Assembly: GCF_016433145.1 (NCBI RefSeq)
Contig: NC_058133.1
Location: 284,302,202-284,366,201, forward strand
Origin: Gracilinanus agilis
Lineage: Eukaryota
Length of the DNA stretch: 64,000 bases
Reading direction: 5' to 3'
The stretch's first letter is position 1. Every line of letters begins with the position of its first letter. Made by a program: the position numbers and the translations under genes. The notes below the pieces were generated by a model. That model did no database searches and was not told where the DNA came from. It saw nothing but the letters and a program-made list of their open reading frames with translations. Shown here one piece after another: positions 1 through 12,790 of the stretch.

Positions 1-84
1 AGGGTCACACAGCTAGGAAGTGTCTGAGGCCAGATTTGAATCTAGGACCTCCCATCTTTAAATCCACTGGGCTACCCAGCTGAC
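1..84 (-). mobile_element. tRNA-derived marsupial SINE (5' part, cut by window edge)
   Basis: agggtcacacagctaggaagtgtctgaggccagatttgaa...ctacccagctg is the reverse complement of the SINE head/core seen elsewhere in the window. Confidence 0.8.
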
Positions 85-689
85 CCCAAAAGCAAGAGTT
101 CTTAACCTTTTGTATGTCATAAAACGTTTTGGAGTATAGTTGTATATGGACTTCTCAGATTTCTATTTTTAAATTAAAAAAAAGTGCATGGGATTCCAGA
201 GTAAACAAGTTATATTGAAATCCAGTTATTAAAGGAACCAGTTTAGGGACCTCAGCTTTAGAACCTCTGAAAAGGAAGTAGCTAAATTGAATTAGACAAA
301 AAATTATAAATTTATCCATATTAGTCAGCTATCGAGATTTTTATATATGATTATATAGATTTTTATATATAGATTATAGTACTGTTTTAGTCTTATCTAG
401 ACAAACACTTGCATAAGTGTTCCCTTTTAGTCAGGAACAAAAGTTAGCAGAAATTTTCTCTTTCTGGCTTATGTTTTAAGCCTCTGCCAACCTCAATACC
501 TCAGAGGGTATATCCAGGCACTTGCTTGATGAACTGAAGAGTAGAGAATACCTTCCCAGTTCTCCCCAACTCTTAATGAGCTCTCCTTCCTGAAATTTTT
601 CAAAATTTTTTCCTTGATTAGCCCTATTGCATTCTTCCCTTTATCCGAATCAATGGCAAATGTCTCACCCTTTACTATTTAACTAAAAC

Positions 690-1130
690 TCTTTGAGGGC
701 AAGGAAAAGAACCAGATAAAAACAAGAAAGATAAAAGGACTAACTAATAAGTAAAAACCCAAAAGGAAAGGGATATCAAACAAGAAGGGATCCAGGATGA
801 GAGGAAGAGAGCCAGTAGGAATAAGGCCACCTTAAAAAAATTACACTCATGTAACCAAGAGAACAGTTCACAGCAAAAAAGTGGTGTGTGGGGTTGGGGA
901 ATTATAATTTGGAAAGGGCAGCTATTTTAAAGAAATGGGAAAAAATACAAACCTAACTCATAATTTTAAATATGAATGATTAAACATCCAGTAAAATGAA
1001 AAAGAGTAGCAGATTGGATAAGAAACAAAATTCTACAAGTCATTGCTCATAGGAAACACTTTAAAAAATAAAGACATGAAAATTGTTATCAGTGAAGATG
1101 GAGGAGCATATTATGATGAAGAGAGACCCT
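690..1130 (+). mobile_element. Degraded L1 inter-ORF/ORF2 endonuclease start
   Basis: A-rich; aaacatccagtaaaatgaaaaagagtagcagattggataagaaac resembles the L1 ORF2 N-terminus. Confidence 0.6.
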
Positions 1131-1146
1131 GTATAGATAATATATA

Positions 1147-1920
1147 TGGGTGGCTGGGATTTTTGCTAGACCCAGCCTGACAGGGAGATCTCTTCAAAGT
1201 CAGAGAGTAAAGAAGGCTGCACTCTGTCCCAGGCCGGTATAAAATAGATCTGACTGCTTCTTTTTACTAACAAGGTTTATTAAAGACGTAACAGAAGATG
1301 GGGTTAGGAGTGTGGGTTTTGGATGCTTCCCTATCACTAATGTCTCTATCTTATGGCCCACCAGTGTGACATTGCATTAACGTCTCTTCATTCCTTGACA
1401 AAGTCAAGGCTACTCTGATTGATTACACACTCTTCCTAAAAATCCCCTTCTGTCTAATCTAATTCTAGGTTAAACCCTCACAGGAATAAGTCTCTAGAAT
1501 GTAGATTGAATAAAGATGAAGTCAGATGTCAGGAGTGATAGAGTCCACTCCCAGAGGCTAAAGCCTAGCCTCCCCAAGACAAAACTTATCAGTTCAATCA
1601 ACTCCTTCTCCAGTTTGGTCTTATAGCTTCAGCAGAGTAAACAACCCGAATGATCTCCCAAGTCTAGCCAGATTTCTCACTGGATCAAGTTAGAGAGTCA
1701 TAGGAGGTCAGAGCTGGATCTTGGAGATGGTTTTGGCTCCAGAGTCCCAATCCAACTCCCCTACTGCCAGTTAGATTCCCAGCATTCTCTCCCCTGAAGA
1801 TTCTAACAGGGTTTGCTCCTGCCTCCCCTGTTTCACAACACTCCATGTCACTCTGCTTGCAATCTAGTCTCTCTTCCCAAAATCTCTCTTTCACAAATAG
1901 GGTCTGAAGCTTTCTTCTCA
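1147..1920 (-). mobile_element. Solo LTR-like element (~770 bp)
   Basis: TG...CA termini and a minus-strand AATAAA (plus tttatt 1276-1281) in a U5-like tail. No clean TSD. Confidence 0.65.
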
Positions 1921-1929
1921 AAACAACAA

Positions 1930-4900
1930 AAAATAACTTTATAAAATCAACACTAAAAGCTACAAAATCAGATAGGCGTACTGAGTGAAACTGAACAGCA
2001 AAAGCCTACTAGAAAGATTTGTCCTGTCCTTGGCCCTGGGGGCAAGTACAGAACAAATATAGGGAATCCATGAAGCAGCCCCAGGAGGGCAGGGTCACCA
2101 AACTCACCTTGTGTGCTAAACCAGGGAACTTTCACACCCGAGGACAACACTGTAATCTGAGTCCTCAGATGGAGGAACTTGGGAGCAGCTCTGTCCACCA
2201 CTCAGGAGACTCTGGCTGGACCATTGCTGGGAACTGAAAGAGTGGAAAACTTGAAGTCCAAGGGAACTGGGCCCTAAGGATAGGAAATCAAGCTTCATTG
2301 CTAACAAGAGACTTTGGAGGTTTGAAAAATGAGTACAGGACACCTGTTCTGACCCTGGCTCTGGCAGTAAGACAGGAGGATTAAGGAATAAGAAAGGAGC
2401 CCCTGCACCAGTTAGGATGTTTAGTGAGGAACTGAGGCCCTTTCAGTTGGAGGTCACCCCCTGGAGAGAGGAATCACTGATTGTTGCCACAGGAGGAGGC
2501 AGATTTGCAGTTGCAGTAGAAAAACTGCCTTCTGGCTCTGGTTGTAGCACTTGAGGTCAGTCAAGGACAGGGTCTTACAGTGGGGACCTGGGAATCCATC
2601 CAATTCTAGACTATAAAAACTATAATAACTAAAGAGGATCCAGCTAAAAACAAACATATACATGCAAAAAAAATCCTGAAACCTGAGATAACATACATCA
2701 ACACAATAGAAATTCTGGGAATGAAGAGAAAAAAACAATAATTAAGTCACTACAATTTTAGAAAGAAATAAAGAAAAATGAGCAAGCAAAGGAAAAAGAA
2801 CTCAGCTGTTGATAGATATTATTAGGAATGAGAAGATCTTGGCTCAAACTCAGAGAATAGTGGGCTAAAAACATATATTTTGAAAAACAGCAAAGAAATA
2901 AAATAGATGGCCAAAAGCTCAAAAAGAGCTTTTGGAAAAGCTTTAAAAAGACCTCAAAAACAAAAGGAGAAAGGTCAAGGAAAGATTAGGGGGAAAAAAT
3001 CAAAGTACAACTAGAAAATCAAGAATATCATGAAAGATCACCCAAGTGGAAAAAGAGATCCAGAAAATTATGGAAGAAAATAATGTATCAAGAACTAGAA
3101 TTGGACAGGTAAAAACTAATAATTTCTGGAGAAAACAAGAAATAGTAAAGCAGAATCAAAACAATGAGATAATAGAGACTATGAAACATCTTATCATAAA
3201 AAGAACTGACCTGGAAAATAGATCAAGGAGAGACAATATAAAAATAGTTGGGCTCCTTGAAAGTTATGGTTTTTAAATAAGAGTTTAGAGACCATACTCT
3301 CACAAATAATGAAGGAAAACTGCCCAGAAATTCTAGAAACAGAGGGTAAAATAGAAATTTAAAGAATCCTCTGATCACCATATAAAAAAGGCCCAAAGAT
3401 AAAAGTTCACAGGAACAAGACTGCTAAGTTCCATAACCCCCAAAGTAAGGAAAAATACTAAAATCAATAAGAAAACAAAATTAAGTACTATGATGCTAAA
3501 GCCAGAATAACACAAGACATCAGCCACAACAATAAAAGAATACAGGCCATAGAACACAGCATTTCTCAGACTATAAGAATAGGCTAACAATCAAGAATAA
3601 CATATTGTAACGATTAAAAATGATAAAGGCTGAAGTTATGAGGGAAATTAATAGTTTAATTAAAGCCATGTTGATAAAAATATGTAAGACCACGTTGATA
3701 AAAATATGTAAGACCACAGGCCTGGTAAAAGCTATTCAAAAATACCACCAATGCCCATCCTCACTATTTAGCCAAAGAAATTCATCTCAAGCCCAACCTC
3801 CGAATTTAAGCTGCACTATACGTTGGTTCCTGTTGTCTGATGTTATCACATCAGAAACCAGAAACCCATTGGATTACGGGAAATGTAGTTCCAAAGTTCC
3901 CCACATGTCCACAGGAAGTTTGTCAAATACTTTTTGGGACCCCCAGTAATTTTAAATAACAATATCTAGCAAAGATGTCCATAATTATGAAAAGAAAAAT
4001 GATTATTTAATGAACTAAAAGAGTTTCAACTATACCTGGAGAAAAACCTAGAACTCAGCAGAAAATTTGAACATATACAGGAAATTAAAATCTAATCATA
4101 AGCAACTCAAAAGGACAAATTTTCTGACATTATATGTGAAAATGTTGCCTATGGTCCCTGGGAAGGACATCATTGCTTGAGTATTTTGAAGGGGAAGGTA
4201 TAAATGGAAGACTCAAGGACAAGGGAATATAATTTATAATTATAATGGCAGAAATTCATTTTCTCCTATCAGAACTAGATAAATCTAACTAAAAAATAAA
4301 TAATAAAGAAGATAAAAATATGACTAGAACCTAAGTTAAATATGATATCTATCTGGAGAGCCCCCACATACCTGCATGAGGCTAGCAGCTAAGCCTGAGC
4401 ATACACATAATCCAAACATAGTTTCTAGTGGGACCAAACTGTAAAGATGTGTCTTGGAAAGAGTATGGTCCTAGCAACAGACTGTGTCTGGTCTTAGGAC
4501 CAATCTAGCAAAATATAATCCTGGTAATATATTAAAATAAATAAAGAAAAAAATATATGTATATATATGTACATATATATATATATACAAACTAAAACTA
4601 AGAAGATAGAAACAAACTTACTATGCATCAAGTTATGCAAAAGGGGTTGCAATCATGCTATGTGACGAAGCAAAAATATTCAAAAAAATAAAATGGAAAA
4701 ACCAGGAAACTACTTTATGTAAAAAGAAACCACAGACAAAAAAAACAATATCAATAATAAAAGTCTATGTTTCGAATGTGTTAGCATCCAAATTCATATG
4801 GGAAATATGATCTTACCTACAAGACAACAAAGATGGTAATGCAATAATGATAAGAGATTTCAATATCCCTCTCTCAGCTTTGGATAAGTCTAATAGAAAG

Positions 4901-5760
4901 GTAAGGTAAAATAGGAAATATAAAATTGAACCAATTTTTGGAGAAGTGAGTTAAAAGATTTATATGGTCTTCTAAAATAGACTCCCAAAGAAAATTCAAA
5001 TTACTCAGTACCACATAGAATGTTCACAAAAATCGACCGTATTTTCGAGCATGTAGTAAATATAATACAACACAGTATAATGGCAGCTATGTAAATAACA
5101 ATTAGCCCTAATAAAAACAGATTAGCTGTCAAAAGATATGAACAAAAATTTCTCAAAAGAAGAATTCCAGAGTAATCAGAGCCACATGAAAGGATGCTCT
5201 AAACCACTTAATAATAAACTGAATGTAAATCAAAACAACTGAGATTTTACCACTCATCTTGTAAAACATGACAGAGTGGCAATAGTGAACAGAGGAGGAA
5301 TTTTAGAATGATAGACATACCCACATTGTTGATGGAGCTGTGAAATGATATAATTTGAATAAAGTTCTGGAATTATACAATTAAGATAACTAAAATATTC
5401 ATACCTTTTGAACCTCAGACCCTGTTATGGGTTTATTCCCCAAGAAAACCATCGATGAGAAAAGAGTTCCTATATACACAAAAATATTTATAGCAGCATT
5501 TTTTTTTTGTGATAGCAAAAAACTGGAACCAAAGTAAATGTCATTGATTGAGGAATGACTGAACAAATTGTGGTATATGAAAGTAATGCAATGTTGCTAT
5601 GCTGTAAGAAATTGTGTATATGAAGAATATAGAGATACATGGAAAGATTTCCATGGACTAACAAAGAGTGAAGTAAACAGAATCAAAAAAGCAATATACC
5701 CAGTAACTACAACAATGCACCTGAAAGATCAGCTATGTACCTAAAAAATCCATGTTACAA
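1930..5760 (+). mobile_element. Degraded L1 pieces: 5'UTR, ORF1, ORF2 endonuclease fragments and 3' end
   Basis: ORF 3046-3276 contains DLENRSRRDNIKIVGL, the L1 ORF1p hallmark. Endonuclease-like segments at 4590-5050 and a typical L1 3' segment at 5100-5760. Interrupted by an LTR at 3606-3961. Confidence 0.85.
3606..3961 (-). mobile_element. Solo LTR (356 bp) inserted in L1 ORF1
   Basis: TGTAAC...ATAACA termini and 4-bp TSD ATAT (3602-3605/3962-3965). L1 resumes after it. Internal perfect 24-bp tandem duplication at 3670-3717. Confidence 0.85.
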
Positions 5761-5776
5761 AACTATAAAGATCAAG

Positions 5777-5957
5777 GTTTTGGTGGGTTGAAAGCCGTGC
5801 CCAGAGTTGGGAAGTCCTGGGTTCAAATCTGTCCTCAGACACTTCCTAGTTGTGTGACCCTGGGCAAGTCACTTAACCCCCATTGCCTAGGCCTTACCAC
5901 TCTTCTGCCTTAGAACCAGTACACAGGTTCTAAGCTGAAAGGTAAGGGTTTAAAAAA
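5777..5957 (+). mobile_element. Opossum SINE-1-type tRNA SINE
   Basis: B-box gggttcaaatc and tail ...ggtaagggtttaaaa. 16-bp TSD AACTATAAAGATCAAG (5761-5776/5958-5973). Confidence 0.9.
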
Positions 5958-6289
5958 AACTATAAAGATCAAGCTTGACTCAAATGAAAATACATGAAAA
6001 AACATTCCCAACCCAGTTTGTCATGCCATGGGGGAGAGGGGAGAAGTTCCACATGAGTTATACAATGCATGTCTTCAAATATTTTCAATGTATTGATCAT
6101 TTGGGTTTTTCTTTCATCTTCAAAAAGTAGTCTATGGCTCTGGAGAGGAAAGGATACTTAGGATAGGTATGATGTTATAAGAAACAGAAACATCAATTTT
6201 AAAAACTTATTTAAAATAAAAGTTTTGATAGCTTGTCTTCAAGTCATATTTCCACATCCATCATGCATTAGGCCCCTTCCCACTCTTCA

Positions 6290-6418
6290 GCAATGGTGTG
6301 AAATTCAAATAGAAAAGGAAAGCTACTAAACATATAAAAGGATTCCTGAGGGCATATATTGACTTATTAAGCCACTCATTAGCATTAACTAAGTTTTATT
6401 ATATTTTTATTTATTTCC
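6290..6418 (+). mobile_element. Partial hAT/Charlie-like MITE truncated by the ERV remnant
   Basis: ggtgtgaaattcaaatagaaa...catatattgacttattaagccac...tttttatttatt resembles marsupial Charlie-type MITEs (from memory). Only one end is visible. Confidence 0.4.
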
Positions 6419-8195
6419 TGCTCTTGCTTAACCTATACCCTCTTTTCTCCCTAGGGATTGAGGTAGGGATTTGTAGAATAGTCTCCAGTTCTTCTAAAGA
6501 TTTTAATTTCTCTTATATCTGAACTTATTCTCAGAAGGTTCAATCCTCTCTACTCTCCAGAGTGCTTCCTCCAACCCTGCTTTCTTTTTTCTATTTTGTC
6601 CTTACAATACTCATGTATAGAAATGCTGATGTTATATGACTGTTATAGAATAATGGGTGGCACAAGGTCCTCTGACAGTATGAGGAGCTGAAGCTGATTG
6701 GGTATGTAAATCCCTAAGTGTAGCACTAAGAGACTGTGGGTTAGATCACACTTCAAACAGCTAGGCATTCCTTGGATCATGGGATCTAATTTAAAACTGA
6801 AAGAGGCTATTGGTCTTAGACTACTCCCAAGAGTTTGCATGAGTACTCCACAAGCTACCCCTTTATCTTCATGAATAAACAGATAGAATGGTTTCTCATG
6901 ATTTGGGATACCTAAGGCTGGTAATGACAAAATTGCAGCCTTAAGCTTTTCTATTGCATGCTTGTGTTCTTTTTTGAGTCTCAATGGTTCTGTGACATTG
7001 TTCCTGGTTAGCTCTGTTAGTGGTTTAGCAATTATAGCATAGCCAGGTATCTATTGCCTACAGAAGCTCGTCATGTCTATGATTGCCCTGAGTTGTTTCT
7101 TTGTTTTAGGCAAACTCAACTTCTGAATATCAGCAATTCTCTTTTGGGATATCTTTCTGGTGCCTTCTTCTAAGATAAATCCTAAATATTCAGTTTTTTC
7201 TCTTAACCCATTACAGTTTGTTTTTTTATACCTTATGACCCCTTTTACACAGTTCTTTTAACAAATGTATACTGTCTCTTTGGCATATGGTGACATTAGA
7301 AGGATCTCATCTACATAATGTATCATCTTGCTCTCAGTGAAAGTAATAGATTCCAGATCTATTTGTAGAATTCAGCAAAAAACTGTGGAACTATCGACAA
7401 ATCCCTGTGGAAGATGACTCCACAGGGCAGATCTCCCCTCCCATGTGAAGGTAAAGAGCTTCTGGCTGTCTCTGTGCAGAGGGATAAAGAAATAGGTGGA
7501 ACTGAGATCAATCATGGTAAACCATTTAGCTGTAATAGGGATCTCAGCAATGATTTGAGATGAACTTGGTACTATTGTGTGTGTCTTCTTCACATAGTTA
7601 TTGATAGCTCTGAGATCTTGAACCAGTCTCCACTGAGTTTTCCCTTCAGAGTCCAATTCTGATTTTGTAATTGACATGACGGGAGTGCTGAACTCTGAAA
7701 AACCACAGACTAGTATGTCTTGTTCCAGGAGACTTTGGATTATTGGTCTGACACCTTCCACTGCTTCTTTGCTTAACTTAAATTGAGGAATTCTAGGTGG
7801 TACACCTCCTTTAGCCTCTATCTTTACTGGTTCTGCAGATAATATTCTTCCAATCTCTTTGCCCAGATTTCATTTGGGATTGTGTCAGGAATCTCATAGG
7901 TATTGTTCTCTTGTTGGTAATCTGATGCCTCTTCCACTCTGTCTAGACACAATACTGAGTGGTGCTTCAGGGATCTCTTTAGAAAATGCAAATAGATTTC
8001 TCCATTAGGCTCACATTGGATTGTGGCTGATAATTTGCACAAAATATCCTTGATTTATACCAAAAGGTACTGAGTTTAAATTCTATGTTGTTTGCACGCA
8101 TGTGACCTTGAAATAAAGTAATGCTTGATTTATACCAAAAGGTACTGAGTTTAAATTCTATGTTGTTTGCACTCATGTGACCTTGAATAAAGTGA
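6419..8195 (-). mobile_element. Decayed class I (gamma/epsilon-like) ERV internal fragment: protease C-terminus, RT and connection domain
   Basis: Minus-strand translation gives KDILCK (protease end), WRLVQDLRAIN, LPQG, YVDE (7306-7317, cf. YVDD), EYLGFIL, PKTKKQLRA and LPALGIPNHEKPFYLF. In-frame stops and frameshifts. PPT-like tract at 6435-6452. Confidence 0.93.
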
Positions 8196-9480
8196 CCAGT
8201 ACCAGTTTTTTCTAGTTCTATGAAATAATTATTTGGTAGTTTTATTGGATACTACACTAAATAAATAAGTTAGTTTAGGTAGAATTGTCATTTTTAGTAT
8301 ATTACCTTGGCCTACCCATGAGCAATTAATATCTTTCCAATTGTTTAGATCTGACCTTAATTTTGTGAAAAGTGTTTTCTAATTGTATTCATTTAATTCC
8401 TGGGGTTGTCTTGGCAAGTAGATCCTCAGGCATTTTATATTGTCTAAAGTTATTTTAATGGAATTATATTTTTCAATTTTTTGCTGCTTAACTATGTTAA
8501 TAATATATAGAAATACTAATGATTTATGAGGATATATTTTCTATTCTGATGCTTTATTAAAGTTACTAATTATTTCATCTAATTTTTAGTTGATTCTCTA
8601 GGATTCTTTAAGTATATGATCATATCATCTGCAAAGAATAATAGTTTAGTTTGTGGTGCAGAAGGTGCAAATCAACCCTGCAAAGCCTTACTGCAGAATT
8701 TCTGATTTCCCTTCCTAATTTCCTATGGGTTTTTGGAAGAAGGGTGGATCTGAGGGGAATAGTGCCAATGGTAAGGCATCAAGTTTCCTCATTGCCTACT
8801 TTAATTCCTCCAGTTTCTTTTTCTTTTCTTACTATTAAAGCTATAATTTCTAGTACAATATTAAATAATAATGGTGATAATGGGCATCCTTGCTTCACTA
8901 CTGATCTTACTGGTGTGTGGTGAAAGTGAAGAGAGGAAGGTAGGATGGAAGGATGGATGGGAGAAAGGAAAGAGGAAGGTAGAGGAAGGGAAAGGAAGGT
9001 AGTGGTCCTGGCCCAGCAGGGGGAAATTAATCAGAGCCCTCAAATGATGATCAGAGAGCAACTTTAGGGTTTGAATAGCTAGGTTTTATTTTAATTAGAA
9101 AGGGAAAGGTCTAAGGAAAACTAGGAGGTAGGAAGAAAGGGGAAAAGGTGCCAAGTTAGAGATCAAGGTCTCAGTGTAGAGAGGGCTGCTTCCAGGTGGA
9201 GAGAGCTAGCCCGCCTCCTGGGTCAGAGGCCGAAAAGGCCCCAAATTTTCTCTTTATACTTTCCCTGACACCTCCCCCAAAGGAAGTGGGAGGTGTCAGG
9301 GGAAGTTGCAGCAGAGAGAGTCCTGGGAGACATAGTCTTCCAGGGCTTACAATAATTTCAAATGACACACTGGGAAGGCTTTAATTTATCCCCATTGCAG
9401 ATGATACTGCTGATGGGTTTAGGTAAATATTTCTAATTGTTTTAAGAAATGGCCCATTAATTCCAATGCTTTCTAGTGTT
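8196..9480 (-). mobile_element. L1 ORF2 (RT region) fragment, interrupted by LTR sequences
   Basis: Typical reverse-complement L1 ORF2 text (agaattgtcattttt, gatcatatcatctgcaaa, aatgggcatccttgcttcac). Continues across 8914-9369. Confidence 0.85.
8914..9369 (-). mobile_element. Solo LTR (456 bp)
   Basis: Inverted termini TGTGT...ACACA, 4-bp TSD CTGG (8910-8913/9370-9373), minus-strand AATAAA at 9085-9090. Confidence 0.88.
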
Positions 9481-9952
9481 TTATAGATAATATATTTATA
9501 TTAATATATTATATATTATATATGCATAATATATTTATTATTCAATTTACACATCTTGAATTATTCACTTGATTATCACAATAGATGCATATTACTTTGA
9601 TTTTGGCAGATTTGTTACGAATGTGATTTTTAAAGTTATGCTAAAAATAAAACTGCAAAGTGCACAAAATTATCCTCTGCAAATTCATGTCAAGAATATC
9701 AGATCTTTGATTATATAGTCTGGGGTAAAGATTTATGCACTCATATCATAAGGAGGTTGCCAAGACCACTTTTTCATCCGCTATAAATACAACTATAAAA
9801 TGATTTAAAAATAATCAGATAAATCTAATTATGATAATTTTAATTAACAAAATGCTAGATTAAAAGCAAGATATGCTTTATTAAACCAATTCCTATGGGA
9901 AACATTTCACATATAAAATATATTTGCTGTGTTACAGGCATATAACCTCATC

Positions 9953-10210
9953 ATGGATAGCTAGGTGGCACAAAAGATAGAGCACTGGGCTTAAAGTTAG
10001 TATGATTTCAAATCTGGCCTCAGACACTTACTAGCTATGTGACCTTGTGCAAGTCATTTAACCCTCTTTGTCTCAGTTTCCTCATCTGTAAAATGAGCTG
10101 GAGAAGGAAATGCCAAACCATTCCAGGATCTTTGCCAACAAAACCCCAAACAGGGTTTTTATTTCATTTGGTCTTGACATAATTTAAACAACTGAATAAC
10201 AACATCAACA
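9953..10210 (+). mobile_element. MIR/MAR1-type CORE-SINE (paralogous copy at ~16385-16625, minus)
   Basis: tagctaggtggcaca...cagtttcctcatctgtaaaatgagctggagaaggaaatg core. Confidence 0.85.
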
Positions 10211-10502
10211 AATCTCATCATGTATGCACCTAAACTTCTAAATGTGATTAAAAAACCTATATATACATATGATAAATTATATCATTTTCTAAAAGTTAGC
10301 AAAAGATTTACTACACAAGATTGCTATCAGAAATGCATTTTGTTACATATTTAGTCATTTTCACTCATGTATTTAACTAAAGCTTATTGGTCTGCTAAAT
10401 TACCTACTACACTTAATTTTTTTTAGTTGTTAAATGAAAATAATCCTTACATTCTTTATTTCTCCAGTGTCCATAATCAAGGAGAATAAATAAATATATA
10501 TG

Positions 10503-10505
<3 letters not shown>

Positions 10506-10545
<40 letters not shown>
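10506..10545. repeat. (AC)20 microsatellite
   Basis: Direct reading. Confidence 0.97.
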
Positions 10546-10549
<4 letters not shown>

Positions 10550-10689
10550 TTTCTTTCCTTTCTTAGAATTTGTCAAGTCATTAGGCTTCAATTCTCTCAC
10601 CTTAAAAAAAAAAAAAGATGTTGCACAAGATAGCTCCCAATATTTCTTCCAGCTTTAAATCTACAATCCTTTTACTCTATAAATGGTGG

Positions 10690-12790
10690 ATCAGTGTAAG
10701 AGATTAGACACACAATATACAGGGGTAAATGACTTCAGCAACCGTAGTGTTTGATAAACTCCAAACCCCAGCTTTTGGGATAAGAACTGTTAAGAGAGGT
10801 TTTTTTAATTAATTTCTCCTTTAATATTTAAGAGTAAAAGGAGCAATAATATTTTTCAGTCAGAGACCCCCTGCTGCTCAGGTTGTCAGTTACAGACCCC
10901 CTGATGTGCCACCTGCCAGTTAGTGACAGTTAGAAGGGCATGGCTGAGGGGAGTTAGTCAGTTGCAGAAAGTCGTGAAAGGGCTTTTTGTCTCTGGGTCT
11001 CCGGGGGAGAGGTTGTGCTGCTAGCACTCTCTCTGATTGAAGACAGAGAATGGAATTATGGCCTTAGTAGCGTTATTGATTGTTAATAACCTGGTTAGAC
11101 AAGGTAGATAGAGAGTGATTATATTTAAGGTAGTGAGAGTTGGAGAGTAGGCAAGGGCTCTGGCCAAACAGAAGATACTGCCCTCTGAGGCAGATAGATT
11201 TATTGTTTTTTAGAAACATTTATTTAGGATTGGGATCTGGAGTATAGTTAGAAGCAATTGTAAGATAATTTTCACTTTCCTCTTTCCTATTTCCTATCTA
11301 TATTTCCTAATAATAAACTAAGTGTTTTGCATTTAATAAACTGCTCACTGGCTTTTGTTCAAACTCCTAGCCCCCAAAATCTAACCCTTTGCAGAACTCA
11401 GTATTTAACAAACACTGCTGGGGAAACTGGAAAACAGTATGGCAGAAAGTAGATACAGACCAATATCTCACATCTTATACTAGAAGATCAAAAGATAAGA
11501 TCAAAACAGGTATATCTTTTAAAAGGGTGATACCATGAGTAAATTAGATGAGCATAAAATAGTTTACCTGTCAGATCTATGAAGAAGGGAAGAATTTATA
11601 ACCAAACAAGAGAGAAAGAACATTATGAGATGTAAAATGAATACATTTGATTATGTTAAATTAAAAAGATTTTGTATAGATAAAGCCAATGTAATGAAGA
11701 TTAGAAGGAAAACAACAAATTGAGGAAAATTTTTTATTATAAATTTCTCAGATAAAGGTCTAATTTCTCATATTTATAGAGAATTAAGTCAAATTTATAG
11801 GGATACAAGTCATTCCCCAAATGACAAATGGTCCAAGAATACCAGCAAGCAATTTTTAGATAAGAAATCAAACCTATCAATAAATGTGTGGAAAAAAAAG
11901 GTTCTAAATCACTCCTGATTAGACAAATGCAAATTAAAACAACTCTGAGCTATCACCTCACACCTATAAGATTGGCTAATATGACAGTAAAGGAAAGTGA
12001 TAAATATAACAAGGGATGTGGCAAAATTGGGATATTAATGCATTGTTGCTAACTAATCCAACCATTGTTGAGGACAATTTGTAACTATATCCAAAGGACT
12101 ATAAAACTGTGCATACTCTTTGATCCTGTAATATCAATACTGCGTCTATATACCAAAGATATAATTAAAAAGGGGAAAGGATCTATTTGTACAAAAATAT
12201 TTATAATTGTTCTCTTTGTGGTAGCAAAGAGTTGGAAATTAAGGGGATATCTATCAGTTGGGGAATAGCTGAACAAATTGTATATGTTGGTGACGGAATA
12301 TGACTGTGCTGATAAGCAGCATGATATCAGCAAAAGCTTGAAATATCTACATGAACTGATGCAGAGCTAAATAAACAGAACCAGGAGAACAGGGTACAGA
12401 GTGACAGCAATATTATACAATGATCAACTCTGAAAGACTTACTCTCAGCAACACAGTGATCTAGGAGAAATCTTGAAGGAATTATAAAGAATGCTATCCA
12501 TCTCCAGTGAAGGAACTGTTGGAGTCAAATGCAGATCAAAGCATACTATCTTCCACATTATTTTATTTACAGTTTTATTTGGGGGGTTTGGTTTTACATA
12601 AGTATTCTCTTACAATGACCAATATGGAAATATGTTTTGTATGATAATACATGTATGATTCAGATCAAGTTGTTTACCATCTCTGAGAGGGGGAAGAGAG
12701 AGGAGAGAGGGAGATCATTTGGATCTTATCTTTTCAGAAAATGTGTGTGGAAAATTGTTATTACATGTAATTGGGGAAATAAAATATTTT
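10690..12790 (+). mobile_element. L1 ORF2 3' half and 3'UTR, interrupted by a solo LTR
   Basis: ccccagcttttgggataagaac|...|tcagtatttaacaaacactgctgg continuity. Typical L1 3' region and A-rich tail. Confidence 0.88.
10788..11393 (+). mobile_element. Solo LTR (606 bp)
   Basis: TG...CA termini, 4-bp TSD GAAC (10784-10787/11394-11397), AATAAA at 11312 and 11335. Confidence 0.88.

Larger units (their letters stand above)
9586..10567 (+). repeat. Left arm of ~1-kb inverted segmental duplication
   Basis: Collinear reverse-complement match to 16057-17003 by eye, including the same SINE at the same position. Confidence 0.92.

Noticed and set aside
1147-9369. Possible full provirus formed by the LTRs around the ERV pol fragment
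   Set aside because: The LTRs at 1147, 3606 and 8914 are mutually dissimilar, and the latter two have their own TSDs within L1s, so they are independent solo LTRs.
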